Notes: generated by a model not told the origin, from the letters alone. DNA of 64,000 nt from an uncultured Gemmatimonadaceae bacterium (GCA_963781585.1 CAWAGQ010000006.1:128001-192000), one strand, 5' to 3'. Numbered from the stretch's first letter, positions 19,936 to 29,954 are shown. Numbers and translations: made by a program.

Positions 19936-21048
19936 GTGACCAGCCCCTCGACCGGTTCCGAATCCAGGACGACCGCGTCGATGCCGGTGGCCCTGTCGAA
20001 GCTGCAGCAGAACATCGTCTTCGGCGTCCTGGTCTACTACGCGGCCCTGTTGGCCCTGGCGTTCGCGCTCTGGCGTTTTCTGCCCGGGCCGTTGCATGAT
20101 CGCCTGGCGGCGGCAGTAAGACCGCTTACCGGCCAGATCGGCGACAGCGGGGGCCTGCTCACGTCGGGACCACCGGGCGCGAAGGTACCGCCCCAGGCCG
20201 CGTTGCTCATGACGATCATCGCGGGCCTCTCGGGCCTCCTGCTCGCCCTGCCGATGTCCTGGGTGTACATGTTCACGCGGCAGAAGAAGGGATACTCACA
20301 GTCGGTGGTCCACAGCCTGGTGATGCTGCCCGTGGTGGTGGCCATCATCGCGGCCCTGGTGCGGAGCAGCGTGGCGCTGGCGTTCAGCCTGGCCGGCGTG
20401 GTGGCCGCGGTCAGGTTCCGCACCAACCTCGAAGACAGCAAGGATGCGGTGTTCGTCTTCGCGGTCATGGCGTTAGGCCTGGCGTGCGGCGTGGAGCTCG
20501 AGGTTGCCGCCGTCCTGTCCATGCTCTGGGTCGCGATCACGCTGGGCCTCTGGTACACCGATTACGCGCGTACGCCGCCGTCGCTGGAAGGGGCGCGCGC
20601 CGAGCAGCACATGCAGCGCGCGCTGGCCATCGCCAACCGCACCAGCCAGTTCGTGGCCCGCCTTGACCGCGAGATCCTGGAGGCGATGGCGCCGGCCCAG
20701 CTCGATGCGCTCCAGTCGCGCGTGGAGAAGCGGAAATCGGAACTCGAGGACAAGAAGAAGAAAAAGAAGGACGGCGCCGAGACCGGTGACGAGGAAGGGC
20801 CGCGGTTCGACGGCCGCCTCACGATTACCGTCAGCGATCCCGATGCGGCGCAGCCAGCCATCGAAGCGCTGTTCGAAACGCAGCTCAAGCGCTGGAAGGT
20901 GATCCGGCTCGAGCGCGAGGACGGCGTGGCCAGAATCGTGTATGCCGTGCGACCGAAGAAGGGCGGAACGCTCGAAACTGTTGCGGCGACCGTTGAGCGC
21001 GATGGCGCTCCCTACGTGTCGGGTACGGAGGTGGAACGATGGATCTGA
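19936..21048 (+). CDS. DUF4956 family membrane protein
   Basis: ALAFSLAGVVAAVRFRTNLEDSKDAVFVF..MALGLACG; the start may be ATG 19981. Confidence 0.85.
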   Translation: MTSPSTGSESRTTASMPVALSKLQQNIVFGVLVYYAALLALAFALWRFLPGPLHDRLAAAVRPLTGQIGDSGGLLTSGPPGAKVPPQAALLMTIIAGLSGLLLALPMSWVYMFTRQKKGYSQSVVHSLVMLPVVVAIIAALVRSSVALAFSLAGVVAAVRFRTNLEDSKDAVFVFAVMALGLACGVELEVAAVLSMLWVAITLGLWYTDYARTPPSLEGARAEQHMQRALAIANRTSQFVARLDREILEAMAPAQLDALQSRVEKRKSELEDKKKKKKDGAETGDEEGPRFDGRLTITVSDPDAAQPAIEALFETQLKRWKVIRLEREDGVARIVYAVRPKKGGTLETVAATVERDGAPYVSGTEVERWI

Positions 21049-22208
21049 CGACGACTTCGGTCGCGCGCGCCATCTGGCGCGCCGGCATGCTCGCCGCGCT
21101 CCTCGGCGTCAGCGCACCGCTCGCCCTCGGAGCTCAGGCCGGCGGCACCAAGGACGCGAAGGCCAAGCAGGCGAAAGCCAAGGAACCCAAGGCGCCGCCC
21201 GACAGCGCTACGATCGCCAAGTGGAAGGTCGCGGCCGAGGCCCTTCCGCTGTTCAAGAGCGCCGACCCGGTCGTGTTCACGCTCGTGGCGGACTTCAAGA
21301 CGGTGCTCAAGGACCGGGATACCCTGAGCACCAAGGAGTATCCCGCCACCGTGATCCTCGGCGACAGCGGGGAGAGTCAACGCAAGATCCCGGTGACGCT
21401 GCGCACCCGCGGCCACTTTCGTCTGTCCAACCGCAACTGCTCCTTCGTCCCCCTGCGCATCAATTTCCCCAAGGGCGAGTTGAAGGGCACGGTCTTCGAT
21501 GGACAGGACAAGGTCAAGCTCGGAACGCATTGCCAGGATCGGTCCGACTACGAGCAGTACGTGCTGCGCGAGCAGGCCGCGTATCGCGTGCAGAACATCC
21601 TCACCGAGCGAAGCTTCCGCACGCGTCTGGCGCGCGTGACCTACGTCGATTCCGTGGCCGGGAAGTCGCTCGGCACCCACAACGGGATTCTGTTCGAGGA
21701 CGCCGCCGACGTCGCGAGCCGGATGGGAGGGCAAGTCGTCGATCTGCGCGGCGCGTTGTTCGACGACGTCGATCACGCCCAGATGAACGCCGTGTCGATC
21801 TTCGAGTATTTCGTGGGCAACACCGACTGGTCGTTGTACGCGCTCCACAACATCAGACTGGTGCGGACCCCGAAGGGAGTGATCTATCCGCTTGCTTACG
21901 ACCTCGACTTCTCGGGGCTGGTGGGCACCCGGTACGCAACGCCCGACTACCACCTGCCGATTCACAACGTGAAGGACCGGATGTACCGCGGGCCGTGCCG
22001 GACGGTGGAGGACCTCGATCCGCAGCTCGGCGTGTATCGCGAAAAGCAGGCGCAGGTCCTGGCGGTGTACGACAGCGTCCCGGACCTCGATCCGCGGTAC
22101 GCGAAGGACGCGCAGAGCTACCTGACCGAATTCTTCAAGTTGATCGAGAAGCCGCGGGACGTGAAATTCAAGTTGGTCGACGCCTGCGAGGGGAAACCGA
22201 CCGCCTGA
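21039..22208 (+). CDS. Exported protein with atypical (CotH-like) kinase motifs
   Basis: Signal peptide; RTRGHFR, KLGTHC, LREQAAY, GNTDW..HN, YDLDFSG; overlaps DUF4956 by 10 bp. Confidence 0.6.
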   Translation: MDLTTTSVARAIWRAGMLAALLGVSAPLALGAQAGGTKDAKAKQAKAKEPKAPPDSATIAKWKVAAEALPLFKSADPVVFTLVADFKTVLKDRDTLSTKEYPATVILGDSGESQRKIPVTLRTRGHFRLSNRNCSFVPLRINFPKGELKGTVFDGQDKVKLGTHCQDRSDYEQYVLREQAAYRVQNILTERSFRTRLARVTYVDSVAGKSLGTHNGILFEDAADVASRMGGQVVDLRGALFDDVDHAQMNAVSIFEYFVGNTDWSLYALHNIRLVRTPKGVIYPLAYDLDFSGLVGTRYATPDYHLPIHNVKDRMYRGPCRTVEDLDPQLGVYREKQAQVLAVYDSVPDLDPRYAKDAQSYLTEFFKLIEKPRDVKFKLVDACEGKPTA

Positions 22209-22275
22209 ACGCACCCGGGCCGTCAGGAGCCGGGGCAGGCGTCTCTGCGAGATCGTCTTGTTCGCGAGACCGCCG

Positions 22276-23541
22276 TCAGGGCGGCGAGGCCGCAAGCACC
22301 GGCGCACGCGCCCGGCCACTCAAGGCAACCGCCGCCGCCAGGTCGCCCGTGACGTTCGCGGCGGTGCGGAACATGTCCGGAATGGTGTCCACGCCGAGGA
22401 GGATGCCGAGTCCATCGAGCGGGAGCCCGGCACTCATCAGTACAGGGGCCATGATCACGATCGACCCGCCAGGGATGCCGGGTACGCTGAAGCTGGTGAG
22501 GACACCCGTGACAACGACGCTCGCGAGCTGGGCGGGCGAGAGGTCCACGCCATAGATCCGCGCGATGAAGATCACGCCGGCGGTCTGGCCCAACCCGGCC
22601 CCCACGCGATACATCGATGCGGCCAGAGGAAGAAAGAAGCTCGACATCTGCTCGGGGAGGTGAAGCCGCGTTCGGGCGCACTCGATCATCGCCGGCAGCG
22701 TCGCCAGCGACGAACGCGAACTGAAGGCGACGGCCTGGGCGGGGAAAATGGCGCGCGCGAACTGGCCAACCGGGATTCCACCTGACGACGAGGCCAGAGG
22801 ATAGAGAACCACCAGCGCGAACACGGTGGTGACCACCGCGATCACAACGATGTAGCCCGCGAGCGCGCCGGCGGCCGACAACCCCAGCCTGGCGCCAAGC
22901 GCCAGCGACAGGGCGAAGACGCCGATCGGTGCCAACGCGAGGATCCAGCGGACCAGAAGCAGGGCCACGTCGCGGATGGCCTCGAACACACGCACTACTG
23001 CCTGACGAGCCTCGCCCTGTTGCGTGGCCAGCGCGAGACCAAACGCCAGCGAAAACACGATCAGCGGCAGCATCGCGGCGTCGGTTGCGGCGCGAACCGG
23101 ATTGGTGGGCACCAGACTTACGAGCCACTGCACAAGCGTGGGAATCCGGTTGACTGCCTCCGGCGCTCCCGCGCTCGACCCCGAGCGCAGCGCAGCCGTC
23201 GTCGCCGCGTCGATGTGGAACGCGTTCAGGAGCGACGGGGCGACCAGTGCCGTGGCAATCGCCGCCACGAAGCAGGTCGCGAGAATGAACAGCAGCGCGC
23301 GCGAGCCGAGGCGGCCCAGAGTGCGGGGGCTCGGCACAGACGCCACGCCGGCGATCAGGCTGCCCACCACCAGCGGAATCACCGTCATCCGGATGGCGTT
23401 GATCCAGAGCGTTCCCAGAGGCGCGACGTACCCCACCGCGGCCTGGAGGCCGGGCGAACCGGACACCGAGATGGCCACCCCGGCGGCAAGCCCGACGCTG
23501 AGGGCGATGAGCACTCTGGTCGTCAGCGACATGTGCCCCAA
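22276..23541 (-). CDS. Dicarboxylate/amino acid:cation symporter (DAACS)
   Basis: IRMTVIPLV, VPTNP, AFSSRSSLATLP, PGIPGG, DMFRTAANVTGD. Confidence 0.93.
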   Translation of the reverse strand: MGHMSLTTRVLIALSVGLAAGVAISVSGSPGLQAAVGYVAPLGTLWINAIRMTVIPLVVGSLIAGVASVPSPRTLGRLGSRALLFILATCFVAAIATALVAPSLLNAFHIDAATTAALRSGSSAGAPEAVNRIPTLVQWLVSLVPTNPVRAATDAAMLPLIVFSLAFGLALATQQGEARQAVVRVFEAIRDVALLLVRWILALAPIGVFALSLALGARLGLSAAGALAGYIVVIAVVTTVFALVVLYPLASSSGGIPVGQFARAIFPAQAVAFSSRSSLATLPAMIECARTRLHLPEQMSSFFLPLAASMYRVGAGLGQTAGVIFIARIYGVDLSPAQLASVVVTGVLTSFSVPGIPGGSIVIMAPVLMSAGLPLDGLGILLGVDTIPDMFRTAANVTGDLAAAVALSGRARAPVLAASPP

Positions 23542-23786
23542 GGTAGAGCTGTTGAGCGGCTGCCGGGAGGCGGGCCTCGTGTCTCGATCGCGGGCGACCA
23601 GCCGCCCGAACTCGAGAGAGGTTTCACTTGCGGCCGGAGGCGCACGGCGTTGCCGCCGGCGGGTGCAGCGTCGATCTTAGCTTCGGACGCCCCGGTGAGT
23701 GGGCGGGGTCGTGCGCGTCGCTCGTTCGCCCGACCCGCGAGAAGCGCTCACGCCGCTCACGCCTCCCCTAACAGTGAAACACCATC

Positions 23787-24149
23787 ATGGCCAACAAGAG
23801 CTATGACGATCTGGTCCGCGAATCGAAGACCCGGATCCGCGAGTTCACGCCGCGTCAGACCCAGGAATTGTTGCAGCGCGAACCGGACACAGTGCTGATC
23901 GACTGTCGCGAGCCGAACGAGTTCGCCTTGGGTCATATCCCCGGCGCAGTGTTCATTCCGCGCGGCGTTCTGGAGCAGACCATCGAGCGGGCCGCGTCGC
24001 GCGAGCGCCGGATCGTGCTCTACTGCGCCAGCGGAAACCGCTCGGCGCTTGCCGCCGACGTGCTCCAGCAAATGGGCTACCAGGATGTGGCATCGATGTC
24101 GGAAGGAATCCGGGGCTGGGTGGACCAGGGAGGGGAGGTGGCGGAGTGA
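23787..24149 (+). CDS. Rhodanese-domain sulfurtransferase
   Basis: IDCRE..E...GHIPGA, active-site CASGNRS. Confidence 0.9.
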   Translation: MANKSYDDLVRESKTRIREFTPRQTQELLQREPDTVLIDCREPNEFALGHIPGAVFIPRGVLEQTIERAASRERRIVLYCASGNRSALAADVLQQMGYQDVASMSEGIRGWVDQGGEVAE

Positions 24150-24222
24150 GGCCATAGGCCATAGGTCAGTGGGCCAAAGGTCATAAGGCCACAGGTCAAA
24201 GGCCAAAGGTCATGGGCCAGGG
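24150..24222. repeat. 7-bp tandem array starting immediately after a stop codon
   Basis: ggccata ggccata ggtcagt gggccaaa ggtcata aggccaca ggtcaaa ggccaaa ggtcatg ggccagg. Confidence 0.88.
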
Positions 24223-24282
24223 GCGCAGCCCGCGACTCCTAGTTTTTCGCTGATCGCTGATAGCTGCCTGCTCCGTTATCAC

Positions 24283-24885
24283 GTGCCAGAGTCCCTACTC
24301 CACTCCCATCCGCTTCTGGAGCGGCTCGCCGCGAGTCTTGCGGCAAGGCCCGGAGAGCCGGCGCCTGACGACGGCGCGCCGCGTCGGGCGGCCGTCGCGG
24401 TCGTCTTCCGGGTGCCCGCATCCGGCGCCCTCGAGCTGTTGCTCATCCGGCGCGCCGAGTATGAAGGCGATCCGTGGAGCGGACAGGTGGCGCTTCCCGG
24501 TGGCCGGTGGCACGCGTCGGACACGTCGCTCCAGGACACCGCAGTGCGGGAAACCTTCGAGGAGACCGCCGTCGATATCGCCCACCAGGGGGTCATCCTC
24601 GGTCCGCTCGACGAACTGCGCCCGCGAACACCCGTTCTCCCCCCGATCATCGTCACGCCATTCGCCACTGTCGTGCGGCCCGAGGTCCGGATCGTGCCGA
24701 GTGAGGAAGTAGCCGAAGCGTTCTGGGTGCCCTGGTCGCTGCTGGAAGATCCCGCCACCAGCCGGGAAAGCGCCGTTCGGATACGGGGCGCCGAACGACT
24801 GGTGGAGAGTTACCTCGTCGGCCCGCACGTGGTGTGGGGCATGACCGAGCGGATACTGCGCCAGCTGGCCGGCCGATTGCGATAG
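24283..24885 (+). CDS. Nudix hydrolase, CoA pyrophosphatase type
   Basis: RRA..GDPWSGQVALPGG, TAVRETFEET, VWGMT. Confidence 0.9.
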   Translation: MPESLLHSHPLLERLAASLAARPGEPAPDDGAPRRAAVAVVFRVPASGALELLLIRRAEYEGDPWSGQVALPGGRWHASDTSLQDTAVRETFEETAVDIAHQGVILGPLDELRPRTPVLPPIIVTPFATVVRPEVRIVPSEEVAEAFWVPWSLLEDPATSRESAVRIRGAERLVESYLVGPHVVWGMTERILRQLAGRLR

Positions 24886-25028
24886 CGATCCGGACCGCGG
24901 CTGCTTCGACGACAATCACCAATAGTTCGGTGGCGGAATCCTTGAAGATCCCCACCGATGCCCAGTCGGTCCGCGGCGGGTGATTGACGGCACGCGCCGC
25001 TTGCGGTTGGCTGGTGCGTCGCCTAAAG

Positions 25029-25042
25029 TTAGGTTAACCTAA
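25029..25042. promoter_or_regulatory. DtxR/MntR-type operator
   Basis: Perfect palindrome TTAGGTTAACCTAA in an AT-rich patch 50 bp upstream of mntH; a DtxR-family gene is in the same operon. Confidence 0.85.
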
Positions 25043-25092
25043 ATCCAAAGTTTTACGACACGAATTTCAACGAGCGTGACGGCCTTGGCGCG

Positions 25093-26487
25093 ATGACCGG
25101 ACAACCTTCTCGCGGGACCGATCCCGGTCCGGCCTCCTCCGCTGTCACCGCGCCAGTGGCCGCTCCCCGCGGCTGGCGCCGCGCCCGCCTCACGCCGAGC
25201 CTCGCCGACGTCTACCGCACCATCCCGGTCAGTGGGCTGGTCTGGTGGCGCAAGCTCCTGGCCTTCGCCGGCCCGGGCTATCTGGTCGCCGTCGGCTACA
25301 TGGATCCCGGAAACTGGGCCACCGACCTGGCCGGAGGCTCCCGCTTCGGCTACACGCTGCTCAGCGTCATCCTGCTCTCCAACCTGATCGCGGTCCTGCT
25401 GCAGGGACTGGCCTCGAAGCTCGGCATCGTTACCGGCCGTGACCTGGCGCAGGCGTGCCGCGACCACTACTCCCGGCCGGTCAATCTCGCGCAGTGGGTT
25501 CTGTGCGAGATCGCGATCGCTGCTTGCGACCTCGCCGAAGTCATCGGTTCCGCCATCGCCCTCAACCTGCTGTTCGGCCTGCCCGTCACCTGGGGCATCA
25601 TGGTGACGGCGCTGGACGTCATGCTCGTGCTCCTCCTGCAGCACCGGGGCTTCCGGCTGCTCGAGGCCGTGGTGGTCGCGCTCATCGCGACCATCGGAAT
25701 CTGCTTCGGCTTCGAGCTCTTCATCTCGCGACCGGACATCGGGGTCATGGCTCGGGGGTTTCTCCCCTCGGTGCAGACGGTGGCGGATCCGGCGCAACTC
25801 TACATCGCGATCGGCATCCTCGGCGCGACGGTCATGCCCCACAACCTGTATCTGCATTCCTCGATCGTGCAGACGCGCCGCTACGAGGAGCACGCCGCCG
25901 GCAAGCGCGAAGCCGTGCGATACGCGTTCATCGACTCCACTATCGCGCTCACCCTCGCGCTGTTCATCAATGGGGCGATCCTGGTGGTTGCGGCCGCGAC
26001 GTTCTTCCGGACCGGGCACCACGAAGTGGCGGAGATCCAGGACGCCTATAAACTTCTGACGCCGCTCCTCGGCGTGGGTGGGGCCAGCACGGTCTTCGCG
26101 CTCGCGCTGCTGGCGAGTGGACAGAATTCCACGTTGACGGGCACGCTCGCCGGACAGATCGTCATGGAGGGGTTCCTGAATATCCGGCTGCGCCCGTGGC
26201 TGCGGCGGCTCATTACCCGCGCCATCGCCATCGTCCCGGCTGCCATCGTCTCCGCCGTCGCCGGTGCGCATGGGACGGCGCAGCTGCTGGTGCTCAGCCA
26301 GGTCATCCTGTCGCTACAGCTCTCGTTCGCCGTCGTGCCCCTGGTGCAATTCACAAGCGAGAAGGCCAAGATGGGGGAGTTCGTGAATCCGGGATGGGTC
26401 AAAGCGCTGGCCTGGACGGCGACCGTCTTCATTGGGGTCCTGAACGCCTGGCTGCTCGTGCAGGCGGTGCGAGGGTGGCTGACCTGA
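25093..26487 (+). CDS. mntH: NRAMP-family Mn2+/Fe2+ transporter
   Basis: [41 protein letters not shown]. Confidence 0.97.
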   Translation: MTGQPSRGTDPGPASSAVTAPVAAPRGWRRARLTPSLADVYRTIPVSGLVWWRKLLAFAGPGYLVAVGYMDPGNWATDLAGGSRFGYTLLSVILLSNLIAVLLQGLASKLGIVTGRDLAQACRDHYSRPVNLAQWVLCEIAIAACDLAEVIGSAIALNLLFGLPVTWGIMVTALDVMLVLLLQHRGFRLLEAVVVALIATIGICFGFELFISRPDIGVMARGFLPSVQTVADPAQLYIAIGILGATVMPHNLYLHSSIVQTRRYEEHAAGKREAVRYAFIDSTIALTLALFINGAILVVAAATFFRTGHHEVAEIQDAYKLLTPLLGVGGASTVFALALLASGQNSTLTGTLAGQIVMEGFLNIRLRPWLRRLITRAIAIVPAAIVSAVAGAHGTAQLLVLSQVILSLQLSFAVVPLVQFTSEKAKMGEFVNPGWVKALAWTATVFIGVLNAWLLVQAVRGWLT

Positions 26488-26933
26488 TGTATCAGCGGAT
26501 CCTGATGGCACTCGAGAATTCGCCGACCGACCCATCCATCGTCGAGCACGTGCGCAATCTGGCGCAGTTCTGCCACGCGTCGGTGGTGCTGATCCACGTG
26601 GCCGACGGCTGGGCCGCGCGCAACATCAAGCAGCTCAACCTGCGCGAGTCGGAGGAGATGCGGCGCGACCGCGAGTACCTGGAGCGCATGGCGAACGAAC
26701 TGACGCGGGATGGGGTCCCGGCCGAGGCCGTGCTGGCCACGGGGGACCCCGGGACCGAAATCAGCGCGGCCGCCGAGCGCGAACGCTGCGACCTGATTGC
26801 CATGGCCACCCACGGCCACAAGCTCATCGGCGATGTGGTGTATGGTAGCGTCGCCAACGCGGTGCGTCACCGGTCGATGGTACCGGTGCTGCTGGTGCGG
26901 GCGCCCTCCACCGGGAAGAAGACGCCGTCATGA
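26487..26933 (+). CDS. Universal stress protein
   Basis: [24 protein letters not shown]. Confidence 0.92.
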   Translation: MYQRILMALENSPTDPSIVEHVRNLAQFCHASVVLIHVADGWAARNIKQLNLRESEEMRRDREYLERMANELTRDGVPAEAVLATGDPGTEISAAAERERCDLIAMATHGHKLIGDVVYGSVANAVRHRSMVPVLLVRAPSTGKKTPS

Positions 26934-27610
26934 CCGCAGTGCGGAAACGCGCGCTCACCGCTCCGGTGGAGGACTATCTCAAGGTCATCTACGACGTGGA
27001 GCTCGCGGGCGCGGCGGCGGCAACGAACGACATTGCTCAGCGCCTCGAGATCGCGCCGGCCTCGGTGAGCGGCATGGTGCGCCGTCTGGCGGAGCAGGGA
27101 CTGCTGGCATATGAACCGTATCGTGGTGCGCGCCTCACGCCGGCCGGGCGCCGCGCCGCCCTGCGCACGATCCGCCGTCACCGCGTGATCGAAGCCTATC
27201 TGGTGCGCGCGCTGGGTTTTCCCTGGGACGGCGTGCACGAGGAGGCCGAGCGGCTGGAGCACGCGGCCAGCGACGCGCTGATCGATCGCATGGCGCACGC
27301 CATCGGCGAGCCGCTCACCGATCCGCACGGTGCGCCGATCCCGACGCGTGAGGGGCGGGTGGACGAGACGCGGTACGGCACTCTGGCCGACGTGGCCGTA
27401 GGGGGGCGCGCGCGTCTCATCCGGGTCGGCGACGAGGACGCGGCATTGCTGCGGCACCTCTCCTCGTTAGGCCTCCGGCCCGAGGCCACGGTGTCGGTTC
27501 GCGGCCGTGCGCCGTACGACGGGCCGATCACACTCGACGTGGGCGGGCGGCGGCGTCAGGTCGGGGCGGCGCTGGCCGCGCGGCTCCAGGTGGAGCTGCT
27601 GTCGGACTGA
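26930..27610 (+). CDS. mntR: DtxR/MntR metal-dependent repressor with FeoA domain
   Basis: EDYLKVIY, RRHRVIE, VHEEAERLEH, DPHGAPIP. Confidence 0.93.
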   Translation: MTAVRKRALTAPVEDYLKVIYDVELAGAAAATNDIAQRLEIAPASVSGMVRRLAEQGLLAYEPYRGARLTPAGRRAALRTIRRHRVIEAYLVRALGFPWDGVHEEAERLEHAASDALIDRMAHAIGEPLTDPHGAPIPTREGRVDETRYGTLADVAVGGRARLIRVGDEDAALLRHLSSLGLRPEATVSVRGRAPYDGPITLDVGGRRRQVGAALAARLQVELLSD

Positions 27611-27641
27611 GCGCCGCGCCGTCCCGCGAACGGGGCATGCG

Positions 27642-27668
27642 CTGAACCCTGAACCCTGAACCCTGAAC
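27642..27668. repeat. 7-bp tandem repeat (CCCTGAA)n
   Basis: ctgaa ccctgaa ccctgaa ccctgaa c, between convergent genes. Confidence 0.75.
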
Positions 27669-27691
27669 GCCGTTAGCGGAAATGCGGATTC

Positions 27692-27886
27692 CTAACGAGC
27701 CTTGGAGGCCGGTCGCCCCGCCTCCCCGCCCGCCTTCTTCATCAGCCGCCCGGCGCGGGCCAGTGCGTCCCGCAGCACGAATTCGATCTGTCCATTGAGA
27801 CTGCGCAGGTCATCGTTGGCCCAGCGCTGCATCGCCTGCAGCACCTCCGCATCCACGCGCAGCAGAAACGGGCGCCGGTCAGCCAT
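27692..27886 (-). CDS. Small Arc/ribbon-helix-helix DNA-binding protein
   Basis: RRPFLLRVD..WA.DDLRSLNGQIEFVL; a common companion of this SPFH subfamily. Confidence 0.82.
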   Translation of the reverse strand: MADRRPFLLRVDAEVLQAMQRWANDDLRSLNGQIEFVLRDALARAGRLMKKAGGEAGRPASKAR

Positions 27887-27978
27887 GACATCGACCGGCG
27901 CCGCCGTGCCCCCTCACGCCGCTCCAGCTCATCCGCCAACTCCCACCGCGGCGCGCCACGACGCCTCCGGGCTCCGAC

Positions 27979-28849
27979 TCACTGGTAGATCGTCCCGGCG
28001 TTGACGATCGGCTGCGCGTCACGGTCGGAGCAGAGCACTACCAGCAGGTTGCTGATCATCGCCGCCTTGCGCTCCTCATCGAGCTGCACGAGCGAGCGAT
28101 CAGAGATCATCGACAGCGCATTCTCGACCATGCCCACGGCCCCTTCGACGATCTTCTGCCGGGCTGCGATGATCGCGCTCGCCTGCTGGCGACGCAGCAT
28201 CGCCGACGCGATTTCCGGTGCGTAGGCGAGATGGCTGATGCGTGCCTCGATGACTTCCACCCCCGCCTTGTCGAGCCGATCCTGGATCGCCTTCTTGAGC
28301 GACGACGCGATCTCGTCGGGGTGCGTACTGAGCGCCTTCTCCCCCTCCACGTGGGCATCATATGGATACGACTGCGCCAGCGCCCGCACCGCCGACTCGC
28401 TCTGGGTCTGGACGATAGTTCTGGTAGTCGTCCACCTCGAACATCGCCTCTGCCGAGTCGATCACCTTCCACACCACGATGGCCCCGATCTCGATCGGGT
28501 TGGAGTGGATGTCGTTCACCTTGAGCTTCCCGGTCTCGAAATTCCGCACCCGGAGCGAGATCCGCTTCTTGGCGTAGAACGGGTTGGCCCACCAGAGGCC
28601 GGCGTCGCGCACCGTGCCGACATACCGGCCGAAGAGCGTCAGCACCTTGGCCTCGTTAGGCTGGACGGTGAACAGCCCGCCGGCGCCGAGGGCCACCAGG
28701 CCGAACACGAGAGCCCAGGTGACCGCGAGCCCGGGACGCTCGGCGCCCGCGGCCGCGATCAGCCGCCAGATCGCCACTGCGCCCGGACAGAGAAGAGCAC
28801 AAGGGCGGCAAGCCCGTTGGTCGGCCTTCAATCGGATTTCGCGGAACAT
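27979..28849 (-). pseudogene. SPFH/band-7 protein, frameshifted (pseudogene or sequencing error)
   Basis: N-part (QPNEAKVLTLFG..NFET..KVND..NPIEI) and C-part ([27 protein letters not shown]) join if one base at 28414 is removed. Confidence 0.82.
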
Positions 28850-28876
28850 GCGATGCTGCTCCTGATAGTGGGATGT

Positions 28877-28914
28877 GCTATCGGGATGATATCACTTCGA
28901 TATCTTACTGTCAA
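28877..28914 (-). promoter_or_regulatory. Sigma70 promoter of the SPFH-RHH operon with phased GATATC boxes
   Basis: TTGACA(28914-28909)-17 nt-TATCAT(28891-28886); GATATC at 28888 and 28899, GCTATC at 28877. Confidence 0.75.
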
Positions 28915-28948
28915 GTTCGATAGCGGGCCTCTGCGGCGTGCAGCGCGC

Positions 28949-28990
28949 CCGGAGTCCAGAAGCCAGAATCCGGAGCCCGGAGTCCAGAGA
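28949..28990. repeat. 7-bp tandem array (CCRGARN)
   Basis: ccggagt ccagaag ccagaat ccggagc ccggagt ccagaga. Confidence 0.75.
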
Positions 28991-29056
28991 TGCCTGTTGC
29001 CGGGATCGGTGTCCGTCAGACGCTCCACTGCGGGAGGAGACGGAGCTCTGCCAGGC

Positions 29057-29102
29057 GTGGGCTATGGCCTGTGGCCTTTGGCCTATGCCCTCCGGCCTCG
29101 GC
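29057..29102. repeat. 7-bp tandem array (TNTGGCC)
   Basis: tatggcc tgtggcc tttggcc tatgccc tccggcc. Confidence 0.78.
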
Positions 29103-29144
29103 ATCGCTTGACAGCCCGCGACGAGTCGTACCGATTCCGCTTCC

Positions 29145-29954
29145 ATGGAAGGTCGCGTCCGAATCGGCTGTCAGGGGTGGAACTACGACGCATGGGTGGG
29201 ACCGTTCTATCCGAGCGGAACCAGGCCTGCCGATTACCTCTCCGTATACGCCCGCGCGTTCGACACGGTCGAGGTCGACTCGACCTTCTACGCCGTCCCG
29301 CCGGTGAAGACCTTCCGGAGCTGGGCAGAACGGGTGCCCGCGGGATTCACCTTTGCGCTCAAGCTCCCGCAGGAGATCACCCACGAGAATCGCCTCCGAC
29401 GTGCCGATGATCTCACCAACCTGTTCTTCGAGCGGGCGCGTGAACTGGGGGACAAGCTCGGGCCTATCCTCGTGCAGCTGGGACCGGACTTCGGTCCCGC
29501 CGAACTTCCGGGGCTCGCGCAGTTTCTCCCCAAACTGCCGCGCGACCTCGCCATCGCCGTGGAGTTCCGGCAGCGGGCGTGGATGCACGAGGGCATTCTG
29601 GCGCTGCTGGCCGAGCATAACGTGGCGCTCGCCCTGAGCGACGGGCGGTGGGTACCGCGCAAGACGATGCTCACCCTGGCCGATCACCCGACCTCGAACC
29701 TGGCCTACATCAGATGGATGGGTCCCAACCGCGACCTGGTTGACTACTCGCGGATTCAGGTGGACCGGCGACGTGAGCTGGAGGCATGGGCCGCCGTGCT
29801 GCCGGAACTCGCGCGGCGCGTCGAAGTGGCCTACGGATACGTCAACAACCACTTCGCCGGTCATGCGCCTGCGTCGGCGCGCGAGCTCCAGCGCCGGCTC
29901 GGTCAGGCCGTGGTCGAGCCAAGCCAGCTCGGCGAGCAAATGAGTTTGTTCTAG
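29145..29954 (+). CDS. DUF72 (YecE/YunF) family protein
   Basis: IGCQGWNY..W, TVEVDSTFY, KLPQEITH, AVEFR, YVNNHFAG. Confidence 0.92.
   Translation: MEGRVRIGCQGWNYDAWVGPFYPSGTRPADYLSVYARAFDTVEVDSTFYAVPPVKTFRSWAERVPAGFTFALKLPQEITHENRLRRADDLTNLFFERARELGDKLGPILVQLGPDFGPAELPGLAQFLPKLPRDLAIAVEFRQRAWMHEGILALLAEHNVALALSDGRWVPRKTMLTLADHPTSNLAYIRWMGPNRDLVDYSRIQVDRRRELEAWAAVLPELARRVEVAYGYVNNHFAGHAPASARELQRRLGQAVVEPSQLGEQMSLF

Noticed and set aside
27642..27668. Eukaryotic telomere-like (TTCAGGG)n contamination
   Set aside because: Only about 4 units, seamlessly between bacterial genes; fits the local heptamer repeat family
28400..28425. Programmed ribosomal frameshift in the SPFH gene
   Set aside because: No slippery sequence, and neighbouring indels point to error or decay
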